NCBI GenBank assembly: GCA_963813155.1
Contig: CAWEYG010000002.1
Span: 736,001 to 800,000, forward strand
DNA: 64,000 nt
Direction of reading: 5' to 3'
Origin: an uncultured Acidobacteriota bacterium
GTDB lineage: Bacteria > Acidobacteriota > Thermoanaerobaculia > UBA5066 > DATFVB01
Below, piece after piece: positions 17,533-27,183 of this stretch. The number at the start of each line of letters is the position of its first letter. Position 1 is the first letter of the stretch. Position numbers and translations under genes: made by a program. A model generated the notes under the pieces. It ran no database searches and had not been told where the DNA came from. It was given only the letters and a program-made list of their open reading frames with translations.

Positions 17533-20184
17533 ATGACTCTCGCAAACGGCACCCGCCTGGGCCCCCACGAGATCCTTGCGCCGATCGGCGCCGGGGGAAT
17601 GGGCGAAGTCTACAAGGCTCGCGACACCCGGCTCGACCGGATTGTCGCGATCAAGGTTCTGCCGGAGCAGTTCGCGGCGAACCTCGAGCTCAAGCAGCGG
17701 TTCGAACGCGAGGCGAAGGCCATCTCCCAGCTGACGCATCCGCATATCTGCACGCTCTACGACGTTGGCAACGAAGCGGGCGTCGAGTATCTGGTCATGG
17801 AATATCTCGAAGGTGAGTCGCTCGCGCAGAGGCTCGAAAACGGAGCGCTGCCTCCGCCTCAGGTCATCACCTACGGCATCCAGATCGCCGACGCGCTCGA
17901 AAAGGCGCATCGGAGCGGGATCGTCCACCGGGACCTGAAGCCGGGCAACATCATGCTGACGAAGTCGGGCGTCAAGCTGCTCGACTTCGGTCTCGCGAAG
18001 ATGGCGGCGCCCTCCGGCGTCGTTTCCGAAATGTCGAGCCTTCCGACCGAAGGAATTCCGAGCCAGCCGCTGACGGAAAAGGGCACCGTCATGGGGACGT
18101 TCCAGTACATGGCGCCGGAACAGATCGAGGGAGCGGAAGCCGACGCCCGGACGGACATCTTCGCGTTCGGCTGCGTCCTGTACGAAATGGCGACCGGGCG
18201 GAAGGCGTTCTCGGGAAAGTCCCGCGTCTCGCTGATTGGCTCGATCCTGAAGGATGAGCCCCCGCCGATTTCCTCGATCCAACAGATGACTCCGCCGGCG
18301 CTCGACCGTCTCGTCCAGACGTGTCTCGCCAAGGAGCCGGAAGACCGCTTCCAGACTGCGCACGACGTGAAGCTTCAGCTCCAGTGGATAGCGGAGGGCG
18401 GCTCCCAGGCGGGCGCTCCCGCGGTCGTCGTTTCGCGCCGCAAGACGCGCGAGAAGCTCGCATGGTCGGCTGCCGTCGTTTTCGCCCTCGCGGCCGCCGT
18501 CCTCGGAGTCGGGTACGCGCGCCGGGCGCCGGCGCCGACGAGCACGATGCGGTTCCAGATCCTGCCTCCCGAAGCCATCGTGACCATCGAGGCGCCGAAA
18601 ATCTCACCCGACGGAAAGCTCGTCGCCTTTTCGGCAACGATGGAAAACGGCAAGTCGCAAATCTGGCTTCGCCCGCTCGAAGCCCTCGATCCCCGGCCGG
18701 TTCCCGGCACGGAGGGAGCGTCGTTCCGGCCTTTCTGGTCGCCCGACAGCCGTCACATCGGGTTCATCGCGGACGGAAAGCTGAAGAAAGTGGACATCTT
18801 CGGAGCGCCGCCGCAGACCATCTGCGACGCGAGAACGGGAGCCGACGGGTCGTGGAGTAAAGAGGGCGTGATCCTCTTCGACGGCCAGACGACCGATCCG
18901 ATCCGCCGCGTTTCCGCCTCCGGAGGGATCCCCCAGACAGCCGTGAAGGGCGAAGAGAACCAGGCCGTCGGCTGGCCGAGCTTCCTGCCGGACGGCCGAC
19001 ACTTCCTCTACTACGAGAACGGCGGAAAGACCCGGGAGGGTCGGCTGATGGCAGCAAGCCTCGACCCGAAGGAAAAACCCAAAGCGATACTCTCTTCGGA
19101 TTCGCTGCCCCAGTTCGCGCAGCCCGGACAGCTCCTCTACGTCAAGGAAGGCACGCTCGTCGCGCAGGCCTTCGATCCTTCCGCACTCAAGATCGCGGGC
19201 GAGCCGGTCCCGGTGGCGGAAAAGATCGGGATGAACGCCAACGGGCAGTCGGATTTCTCGGTTTCGGACAACGGCGTCCTCGTGTACCGCGGCGGCGCCT
19301 CAAACGAAGATCGCCTCGTCTGGGTGGACCGGAACGGCAAAGAGCTCTCCGAGGTCGACAAGCCTGCGCAGTTCGAGACGACGGCGCTTTCGCCCGACGG
19401 CGCGCGCCTCGCGATCGAGATGAAGGCCGCGCGTGCGGGCAAGAATGCGATCTGGATCCGTGACCTGGCGCGAGGCGTGACCTCGCGACTGACGTTCGAC
19501 GAATCCAGCGGCTCGTCGCCCGTCTGGTCGCCGGATGGAACCCGTGTGCTCTTCTCGTCCGACCGAAGCGGAACGCCGAGCCTCTACGAAAAATCCGCAG
19601 CGGGGACGGGATCGGAAAAGGAAATCTGGACCTGCGGGGAGACGCTGCTCGCGAACGACTGGTCGCGGGACGGAAAATTCCTCGCCGTCAACCGCCTGAC
19701 CGCGAAGAATAGCTTTGACATCTGGATCGTACCGATGGACGGATCGAGCAAGCCGTTCGCTTTCGTCCAAACTCCTTTCCTCGACGTGCTGCCGGTCTTC
19801 TCCCCGGACGGACGCTATGTCGCCTACATGTCGAACGAGACCGGCCGTTTCGAGATTTACGTGCAGCAGTTTCCGGGACCGGGCGGAAAATGGCAGGTGT
19901 CGGCGAGCGGGGGTCTCGAACCCCACTGGAGCGCCGACGGGAAGACGATATATTTCCGCAGCCCGGATTCCAAGGTGATGTCCGTCGGTGTGGAGACGGG
20001 TTCGACGTTCACCGCCGGAGTGCCCCAACCCCTCTTCGGGACCCTCTTCCAGCCCGGCCAGAGGAGGAATTCCTTCCTCGTGACCGGGGACGGCCAGAAG
20101 TTCCTGATCCTGACTTCGCTCGGCAAAGACCGCATCGCGCCGATGACCGTCGTCCTCAATTGGACCTCGTCCTTCCACAACTGA
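17533..20184 (+). CDS. Ser/Thr protein kinase + TM + PD40/TolB-like beta-propeller (K1)
   Basis: GAGGMG, VAIK, HRDLKPGN, DFG, APE; TM LAWSAAVVFALAAAVLGVGY; SPDG repeats; ends MTVVLNW. Confidence 0.95.
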   Translation: MTLANGTRLGPHEILAPIGAGGMGEVYKARDTRLDRIVAIKVLPEQFAANLELKQRFEREAKAISQLTHPHICTLYDVGNEAGVEYLVMEYLEGESLAQRLENGALPPPQVITYGIQIADALEKAHRSGIVHRDLKPGNIMLTKSGVKLLDFGLAKMAAPSGVVSEMSSLPTEGIPSQPLTEKGTVMGTFQYMAPEQIEGAEADARTDIFAFGCVLYEMATGRKAFSGKSRVSLIGSILKDEPPPISSIQQMTPPALDRLVQTCLAKEPEDRFQTAHDVKLQLQWIAEGGSQAGAPAVVVSRRKTREKLAWSAAVVFALAAAVLGVGYARRAPAPTSTMRFQILPPEAIVTIEAPKISPDGKLVAFSATMENGKSQIWLRPLEALDPRPVPGTEGASFRPFWSPDSRHIGFIADGKLKKVDIFGAPPQTICDARTGADGSWSKEGVILFDGQTTDPIRRVSASGGIPQTAVKGEENQAVGWPSFLPDGRHFLYYENGGKTREGRLMAASLDPKEKPKAILSSDSLPQFAQPGQLLYVKEGTLVAQAFDPSALKIAGEPVPVAEKIGMNANGQSDFSVSDNGVLVYRGGASNEDRLVWVDRNGKELSEVDKPAQFETTALSPDGARLAIEMKAARAGKNAIWIRDLARGVTSRLTFDESSGSSPVWSPDGTRVLFSSDRSGTPSLYEKSAAGTGSEKEIWTCGETLLANDWSRDGKFLAVNRLTAKNSFDIWIVPMDGSSKPFAFVQTPFLDVLPVFSPDGRYVAYMSNETGRFEIYVQQFPGPGGKWQVSASGGLEPHWSADGKTIYFRSPDSKVMSVGVETGSTFTAGVPQPLFGTLFQPGQRRNSFLVTGDGQKFLILTSLGKDRIAPMTVVLNWTSSFHN

Positions 20185-20243
20185 GGCCCTGTCACCCGAG
20201 TAGAATCCGGTGAAGGAATCGAATTTTTCGAAGGAGGCCTGAA

Positions 20244-21845
20244 ATGCGGACATTTTGCATCGTGCTCGCATTGTTCGCCGCGTGCGCGGCGGCCCAGGAA
20301 CCGACCGTCGGGAGCCTCGCGTTCCCGAATTCCGGATCGGCGGCCGCGCAGAAGGCGTTCCTCTACGGCCTCGCCGAGCTCCACAACTTCGAGTACGACG
20401 ACGCGGCCAAAGCCTTCCGGCTCGCGGAGGAGACCGACCCGGGCTTTGCCATGGCCTACTGGGGCGAGGCCATGACGAAGAATCACCCGATCTGGATGCA
20501 GCAGGACCTCGATGCCGCTCGCGAGATCCTGAACCGTCTGGCGCCGACGCCCGAGGGACGCCTCGCCAAAGCGCCGACGCCGCGCGAGAAAGCCTACCTG
20601 GGCGCGCTCGAGATCCTCTACGGAAAGGGCACCAAGGCCGAGCGCGACACGGCCTATTCCGAGGCGATGGGCGCCCTTTTGAGTAAATTCCCCGAAGACC
20701 CGGACGCGGCCGCGTTTTATGCGCTGTCCCTCCTCGGCACGGCGGAGGAAGGGCGCGACATTCCCACCTACATGAAGGCGGCCGGAATTCTGGAGCCGCT
20801 TTTCTACCGGTACCCGCAACATCCCGGAATCGCGCACTACCTCATTCACTCCTGCGACGACCCCGTTCACGCGCCGTTGGCTCTTCCGGCCGCGCGGGCC
20901 TACTCGAAAATCGCGCCGGATGCCGGCCATGCGCAGCACATGTGCTCGCACATCTTTCTCGCGCTCGGCATGTGGGACGACGTCGTGACCGCGAACGAAA
21001 AGGCCATCGCCGTCGTGAACCGACACCGAAGCCGCGATGGACTCCCCGAGCACGCGTGCGGGCATGCCCCGATCTGGCTCGAATATGGCTACCTTCAGCA
21101 GGGACGCGTACGGGAGGCCGACCAGGCCCTGGCCCGCTGCCAGGCCCAGGTCGCGAGAGCAGCACAGGACGAGCATCACGGAAGTCATCTCGATCCGGAC
21201 AGCTCCCCGACCGGATCTTTCGTCGAGATGTGGGTCTTCCGGGTGCTCGACGCCGGGGAGTCCGCTTTCCCGGAGCTGCCGAAGGAAATCGACCTCGCAA
21301 ATTCTCCGGAAACGCGGCTGACCTATGAGTACATCCGGGGCCTCAGTCTGGCGAAACAAGAAGATCCGAAGGGGCTGCGGGAGGCGTCGGCCGCATTCGA
21401 CCAGGCGCGGACGGAAGTCGAAAAAAAAGACCCCGGCAGCAACGGCAAGATGTACGCCGGGCGACTGAAGGTTCTGCGGCTCGAGCTCGACTCCGCGATC
21501 GAGCTCGCGGGCGGAAAAGCCGAAGACGCCGTCAACCTCCTTCGCAAGGCCTCCGCGGAGGAAAACGGGCTTCCTTCGGCGTTCGGGCCTCCTTTCGTCG
21601 AGAAACCCTCCGATGAAATGCTGGGCGAGACATTGCTGACCCTGAAGCGGCCGGCCGAAGCCGTAAAGGCGTTCGAGGCCGCGCTCGCGCGCGCTCCCCA
21701 ACGCCCGACGTCGCTCCTGGGGCTCGCCCGTGCGCAATCCCAATCAGGCGAAGCGGAAGAGTCGCGCCGGACTTACGCGGATCTTCGCGACATCTGGCGA
21801 CATGCCGATGTCCTTCCGGATGACGTGAGAAGTACCTCGAAGTGA
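20244..21845 (+). CDS. Secreted TPR-like helical-repeat protein
   Basis: Signal peptide; DPGFAMAYWGEA, HYLIH and HAQHMCSHIF motifs; helical repeats; GTGA overlap with K2. Confidence 0.8.
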   Translation: MRTFCIVLALFAACAAAQEPTVGSLAFPNSGSAAAQKAFLYGLAELHNFEYDDAAKAFRLAEETDPGFAMAYWGEAMTKNHPIWMQQDLDAAREILNRLAPTPEGRLAKAPTPREKAYLGALEILYGKGTKAERDTAYSEAMGALLSKFPEDPDAAAFYALSLLGTAEEGRDIPTYMKAAGILEPLFYRYPQHPGIAHYLIHSCDDPVHAPLALPAARAYSKIAPDAGHAQHMCSHIFLALGMWDDVVTANEKAIAVVNRHRSRDGLPEHACGHAPIWLEYGYLQQGRVREADQALARCQAQVARAAQDEHHGSHLDPDSSPTGSFVEMWVFRVLDAGESAFPELPKEIDLANSPETRLTYEYIRGLSLAKQEDPKGLREASAAFDQARTEVEKKDPGSNGKMYAGRLKVLRLELDSAIELAGGKAEDAVNLLRKASAEENGLPSAFGPPFVEKPSDEMLGETLLTLKRPAEAVKAFEAALARAPQRPTSLLGLARAQSQSGEAEESRRTYADLRDIWRHADVLPDDVRSTSK

Positions 21846-24427
21846 CCCTCTCCGCCGGCACGCGTCTCGGGCCATACGAAATCGTCAGTCCACTCGGCGC
21901 GGGCGGGATGGGAGAGGTCTATCGGGCGCGCGACACGCGGCTCGGCCGCGACGTCGCCGTCAAGGTACTCCCCGAAGAGCTCGCCGGGGATCCCGAGCGT
22001 CTCCGCCGCTTCGAGGGAGAAGCCCGCGCCGCGTCCGCGCTCTCCGACCCTCACATCGTCACCGTGTTCGACGTCGGTGCCGACCGCGGCGTTCACTGGT
22101 TCGCGGCCGAGCTCGTCGAAGGTCCCGACCTCCGGGCGCTGATCGCGAGCGACGGGCTGCCGGTGCGCAAAGTCCTCGAACTCGCCGAGCAGATCGCCTC
22201 GGGTCTCGCCGCCGCGCACGAGAAGGGAATCGTGCACCGCGACTTGAAACCGGAAAACATCCTCCTGACCCGTTCCGGCCTCGCGAAAATCGCCGACTTC
22301 GGCCTGGCCAAGCTCGCCGAACAGAGCGGCGCGCATCTCTCTTCCTTTCCGACGACAGACGGGCACCCGACCGCGGCTGGCGTCCTCATGGGGACGATCA
22401 ACTACATGTCGCCGGAACAGGCCCGCGGCGCCGCCATCGATTTCCGCTCGGACCAGTTCGCGTTCGGCGCGATCGTGCACGAGATGCTGACGGGCCGAAC
22501 GGTATTCCGGCGGGGCAGCCCCGCCGAGACGCTCGCCGCCATTCTCCGCGAGGAGCCGCCTCCGCTGCCCGCTCCCGTTCCCGCGCCCCTCCGGTGGATC
22601 GTGGAGCGGTGTTTGAGCAAGGAGCCCGACGGTAGATACGGTTCGACAGCCGACCTGCGGCGCGACCTGGCGACCATTCGCGAACATCTGAGCGAAGCCG
22701 CTTTCAGCGCGGCGCCGCTCTCGGCCAACGCGCGGCCGGGTCCCGACCGACCGCGGCCTGTTTCGCCGGGTCTCCTCGCAGCGGGTGTCGCCGTCCTCGC
22801 TGCGGGAATCGTCGTCGGAAAATTCGGCTGGAAGGGCGCCCGTCCCAATCCGCCGACGTACCATCAGATCACCTTCGAATCCGGAGATGTCGACGCGGCG
22901 CGGTTCGCGCCGGATGGCCAGACAATCCTCTATTCTGCGCGCTGGAAAGGCGGCCCTTCGCGCATCTATTCGACGAGGACCGACAGCACCGAATCGAGCG
23001 CGCTGGCACTTCCCGACGCAAGTCTTTTCTCGATCTCGTCGACCGGCAAGATCGCGATCGGAATCCGGGGAACTCTCGCCGAGGCTGCCCTCGCGGGCGG
23101 AGCGCCGCGCGACATCCTCGAAGACGTCACGGCTGCCGACTGGTCGCCCGATGGAAAAGACCTCGCCGTCACACATTTCCTCCGGGATCGCTCGGTTCTC
23201 GAGTACCCCGTCGGCAAGGTTCTCGTCGATCCGGGTGCGGGAGGCGCCGTCGAGAACGTGCGTTTCTCGCCCGACGGACGCCGTCTCGCGTTCATTCACA
23301 AGGCTGCGGCGGTGGGCGGAATGGGCCATCTGGACGTGTCCTCGATCGGAATCTACGACCTTGCGCGGGAGAAGGCGACCCTGCTGACCTCCGGCTGGGA
23401 GGCCATGGGCCTCGCGTGGACGCCGGACGGGAAGGAGATCTGGTTCGGGGCCCGGCCGGCCGGATCGACGTCCGGCGGACTCGTCACCAACGCCGTCGAT
23501 CTTTCCGGCCGAACGCGCGTGGTCGCGTGCGCGCCCTGGGTTCTCTGGATCCAGGACATTTTCAGAGACGGCCGCGTGCTGCTGATGCACGGCTACTGGC
23601 CGACCACGACGCTCTACAGGGCCCCCGGCGCCAGCGTCGATAAGGACCTTTCGTGGCTCGAGTTTTCCTTCGCGCAGGATCTTTCCACCGACGGAAAAAC
23701 GCTGCTCTTCGGCGAGGGCGGGATCAGCGGGGGCGCCCGGGGCGAAGTATTCCTCTGGAAGACGGACGCAAGCTCGCCCCCCGTCAGGCTCGGCGAAGGG
23801 CACCCGGCGGGCCTTTCTCCCGACGGGAAACAGGCGATCGCGATTTCGGCGGGGCCGAACCGGGGGCTCGTCGTCCTGCCGACCGGGGCCGGGCCGTCGG
23901 CGGACCTCACGACGCCGGGAATGAAGTACCTCGATGCCGAATGGTTCCCGGACGGAAAGCGCGTGCTCATCCTCGGCGAGCGCTCCGGCGATCACTCCAC
24001 CCGGCTCTTCGAGCAGCCCGTCTCGGGTGGCGCGCCGCGAGCGTTACCGGTCACGGCCGCGGAGATCGGCCCGATCTCTCCGGACGGCTCGACTGTCGCC
24101 ATCCCTTCCGAATCGGGCGAAGTCCGGCTCCTCCCGATCGACGGGGCCGCGCCGAAAACCATTCCCGGTGTGACCGCCAGGGAGGTTCTTCGATGGAGCG
24201 GCGACGGATCCGCGATCTTCGTCCGGAGCGGCTGGGTGCCCGCGAAGCTGCTGCGCGTGGATGTTCGCACCGGAGCCACGACGCCGATCGGCGAACTCGC
24301 CCCGTTTGACCGGTCGGGCGTCACCTTCATCGGCGAACGGCCGCCAATCACCCCGGACGGATCCTCCTACGCGTATTCCTTCGTCCGTTTTCTCGACGAT
24401 CTCTACGTCGTGACGGGGCTGCGGTGA
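21842..24427 (+). CDS. Ser/Thr protein kinase + TM + beta-propeller (K2)
   Basis: GAGGMG, VAVK, HRDLKPEN, DFG, SPE; TM LLAAGVAVLAAGIVVG; ends LDDLYVVTGLR. Confidence 0.95.
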   Translation: MTLSAGTRLGPYEIVSPLGAGGMGEVYRARDTRLGRDVAVKVLPEELAGDPERLRRFEGEARAASALSDPHIVTVFDVGADRGVHWFAAELVEGPDLRALIASDGLPVRKVLELAEQIASGLAAAHEKGIVHRDLKPENILLTRSGLAKIADFGLAKLAEQSGAHLSSFPTTDGHPTAAGVLMGTINYMSPEQARGAAIDFRSDQFAFGAIVHEMLTGRTVFRRGSPAETLAAILREEPPPLPAPVPAPLRWIVERCLSKEPDGRYGSTADLRRDLATIREHLSEAAFSAAPLSANARPGPDRPRPVSPGLLAAGVAVLAAGIVVGKFGWKGARPNPPTYHQITFESGDVDAARFAPDGQTILYSARWKGGPSRIYSTRTDSTESSALALPDASLFSISSTGKIAIGIRGTLAEAALAGGAPRDILEDVTAADWSPDGKDLAVTHFLRDRSVLEYPVGKVLVDPGAGGAVENVRFSPDGRRLAFIHKAAAVGGMGHLDVSSIGIYDLAREKATLLTSGWEAMGLAWTPDGKEIWFGARPAGSTSGGLVTNAVDLSGRTRVVACAPWVLWIQDIFRDGRVLLMHGYWPTTTLYRAPGASVDKDLSWLEFSFAQDLSTDGKTLLFGEGGISGGARGEVFLWKTDASSPPVRLGEGHPAGLSPDGKQAIAISAGPNRGLVVLPTGAGPSADLTTPGMKYLDAEWFPDGKRVLILGERSGDHSTRLFEQPVSGGAPRALPVTAAEIGPISPDGSTVAIPSESGEVRLLPIDGAAPKTIPGVTAREVLRWSGDGSAIFVRSGWVPAKLLRVDVRTGATTPIGELAPFDRSGVTFIGERPPITPDGSSYAYSFVRFLDDLYVVTGLR

Positions 24428-27138
24428 CGCTAGCTTCCGGTTCCCGGCTCGGCCCCTACGAAATCCTCTCGCCGCTCGGCGCGGGCGGGATGGGAGAGGT
24501 GTACCGGGCGAAGGACACGAAGCTCCACCGCGATGTCGCGGTCAAGGTGCTTCCCGAGTCGCTCGCAAAGGATCCCGACGCGTTGGCCAGATTCGAAAGA
24601 GAGGCGCACGCCGTCGCGGCGCTCAACCACCCGAATATCCTTTCGATCTTCGACTTCGGGTCGCACGAGGGCTCCACCTTCGCGGTGATGGAGCTGCTGG
24701 AAGGAGAGACGCTGCGCGAGGTCCTCTCCGAAGGCGCTCCGCCTCTTCGCCGAACCACGGAATGGGCGCGACAGATCGCCGCCGGTCTGGCCGCGGCGCA
24801 CGGAAAAAGCATCGTCCATCGCGACCTGAAGCCCGACAACATCTTCGTCACGAACGACGGCCGCGTGAAGATCCTCGATTTCGGGCTCGCGAAGCCGACC
24901 GCGAAGGACCGCGCGACGGATCAAACTCACTCTCCCACGGTCTCCGCCTACACGGAACCGGGCACCGTGATGGGGACGGTCGGCTACATGTCGCCGGAAC
25001 AAGTGAAAGGGCGCGAGGTCGACGCTCGCTCGGACATCTTCGCGTTCGGCGCGGTCCTCTACGAAATGCTGACGGGCCGACGCGCGTTCCAGCGCGAGAC
25101 GGCCGCCGAGACGATGACGGCCATCCTTCGGGAAGAGCCCGCCGATCCCGGCGCCACCGGGAAGAGCATCCCGCCGGCGCTCGACCGGATCGTAAGGCAC
25201 TGCCTCGAAAAGAAGCCAGAACAGCGCTTTCAATCGGCGAGCGACATCGGTTTTGCCCTTGAGGATCTTTCAGGCTCCTCAGCTGTGCCGGCAATGCCCG
25301 GAAGCGTCGCCCCTTCGCGGAGATTCTTGATCGCGGCGGCAGTTCTCGCGGGAATGCTCGCCGGCGCGGCCCTGGCGCTCTGGCTTCGGCGTTCCCCGGA
25401 GCCGGAAGCGATCCGGCTGCGCGCGCTCACGTTCTCGAGCAAGGACAGCGATCCCTCGGCGTCGCCCGACGGGCGTCTCATCGCGTTCACGTCGTGGCGC
25501 GACGGCACCTCGCGCATTTGGATCAAACAGCTCGTCGGAGGCGGCGAGGCTCCGCTCACATCGGGCTCGGACCGCCGTCCCCGGTTCTCCCCCGACGGCT
25601 CGAGCATTCTTTTTCTCCGGAACGCCGGCACGACCCAGGCGGTCTTTCGGGTCGGGCTCGTCGGCGGGGAGCCGAGGCGGCTCGTCGACGACGCGGTCGA
25701 GGCCGACTGGTCGCCGGACGGGAAGAAGATCGTCTTCATCCGGCTCCACGAGGGCCAGTTGCTCGCCGGCACGATGCTCGTCTACGACACGGAGACCGGC
25801 AAAGAATCCCTGATCGTCGACGGCAAAGGCCAGGCGTTGTTCTGCCCGCGCTGGGCGCCCGATGGCCGGTCGATCGTCTTTGCCCGCGGTGACCGAAACC
25901 GCAACGCCCCCGAGTGGGAGCTGATGCGCGTCGATACGGCGACGCGCAAGGTGACTCCCGTCCCGCCCGGCGCGAAGGGGAACCCGACCGGCGGTTTTGC
26001 GTGGTCGGGAGACGGGCGCGAGTTCTTCTTCGTTCAGTCTGCCAGCTCCATGGGAGACGTCTCCGGCTCGGAAAGTCGCGTCTACCGGTGCGACGCCCGG
26101 ACGGGAAAGCGCACCACGATGCTCTGGAGTGACGGGCTCGCGACCATCAACGGAACCGAAGGCGGAGTCGCGTACTGCGACGTGCTCTCACCCGGGCGCC
26201 TCCTGATCGCCGAGCGACGGCACCGGCAGAACCTGCGGGAGCTCTCGCTCGGAAAGACCGGGACGCCGGCGGCCCCGCGCCTCCTCACGCAGGGAAACTC
26301 CGTGGACCGCCAGCCGACCTACTCGCCCGACGGCAAGCAAATTCTCTTTTCCTCAAACCGAAACGCGAATCTGGACCTCTGGCTCCTCGACGTCGCCGCC
26401 GGCTCGCTTCGTCAGTTCACCGACGACTCCGCACAGGACTGGGACCCGGGCTTCACTCCCGACGGCAGGCAGATCCTCTGGGACAACGACCGAGGCGGAC
26501 ATCTCGAGGTCTGGATCGCGAACTCCGACGGGAGCGGCGCGCGCCAGCTCACGCGGGACGGCATGGACGCGGAGAATCCGACCATGACGGCCAACGGAAA
26601 ATGGGTCGTGTACTGGAGCGGGAACCCGGCGAAACACGGCATCTGGAAAATTCACCCCGATGGCTCGGGAGCCGCACAGCTCGCGTCGGGAAGCGCCGTC
26701 GGCACGGACGTTTCGCCGGACGGCCGCTACGTCCTCAGCGCCGCCCAGGAGCAGAGCAACCTGCGTTGCGTCGTTCGCTTTCTCGAGATCGAATCGGGCA
26801 AGGTCGATCCGTTCACAATCGTCGTTCCCTACACGCTCGCGGCGCCGGGCGTCATTTACGGCCGCGCGCGCTGGGCGCCCGATGGCCGGTCGATCTACTA
26901 CATCGGGCAGAACGCCGCGGGGCTCTCGGGCGTCTTTCAGCAGGATTTCGCTCCCGGCCGCGACACGTCGGTCACGCGGCGGCAGGTCGCGGGGTTCTCG
27001 CCCGAGTACGTCACGGAGTCCCTGGGGATTTCGCCCGACGGCTCGAAGATCACGATCTCGACCGGCGACGAGTTCGCGACGATCCTTCTCGCCGAGGGCG
27101 TTCCGGGTGCGTTGCCGCAGGTTCGAAAGTCCCCCTAG
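24424..27138 (+). CDS. Ser/Thr protein kinase + TM + PD40/TolB-like beta-propeller (K3)
   Basis: HRDLKPDN, DFG; TM FLIAAAVLAGMLAGAALALWL; PD40 repeats (PTYSPDGKQILFSS). Confidence 0.95.
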   Translation: MTLASGSRLGPYEILSPLGAGGMGEVYRAKDTKLHRDVAVKVLPESLAKDPDALARFEREAHAVAALNHPNILSIFDFGSHEGSTFAVMELLEGETLREVLSEGAPPLRRTTEWARQIAAGLAAAHGKSIVHRDLKPDNIFVTNDGRVKILDFGLAKPTAKDRATDQTHSPTVSAYTEPGTVMGTVGYMSPEQVKGREVDARSDIFAFGAVLYEMLTGRRAFQRETAAETMTAILREEPADPGATGKSIPPALDRIVRHCLEKKPEQRFQSASDIGFALEDLSGSSAVPAMPGSVAPSRRFLIAAAVLAGMLAGAALALWLRRSPEPEAIRLRALTFSSKDSDPSASPDGRLIAFTSWRDGTSRIWIKQLVGGGEAPLTSGSDRRPRFSPDGSSILFLRNAGTTQAVFRVGLVGGEPRRLVDDAVEADWSPDGKKIVFIRLHEGQLLAGTMLVYDTETGKESLIVDGKGQALFCPRWAPDGRSIVFARGDRNRNAPEWELMRVDTATRKVTPVPPGAKGNPTGGFAWSGDGREFFFVQSASSMGDVSGSESRVYRCDARTGKRTTMLWSDGLATINGTEGGVAYCDVLSPGRLLIAERRHRQNLRELSLGKTGTPAAPRLLTQGNSVDRQPTYSPDGKQILFSSNRNANLDLWLLDVAAGSLRQFTDDSAQDWDPGFTPDGRQILWDNDRGGHLEVWIANSDGSGARQLTRDGMDAENPTMTANGKWVVYWSGNPAKHGIWKIHPDGSGAAQLASGSAVGTDVSPDGRYVLSAAQEQSNLRCVVRFLEIESGKVDPFTIVVPYTLAAPGVIYGRARWAPDGRSIYYIGQNAAGLSGVFQQDFAPGRDTSVTRRQVAGFSPEYVTESLGISPDGSKITISTGDEFATILLAEGVPGALPQVRKSP

Positions 27139-27183
27139 AACCCGATCCGCGCTCCGCCGCGATATGATCGCCCGCGAAAATCG

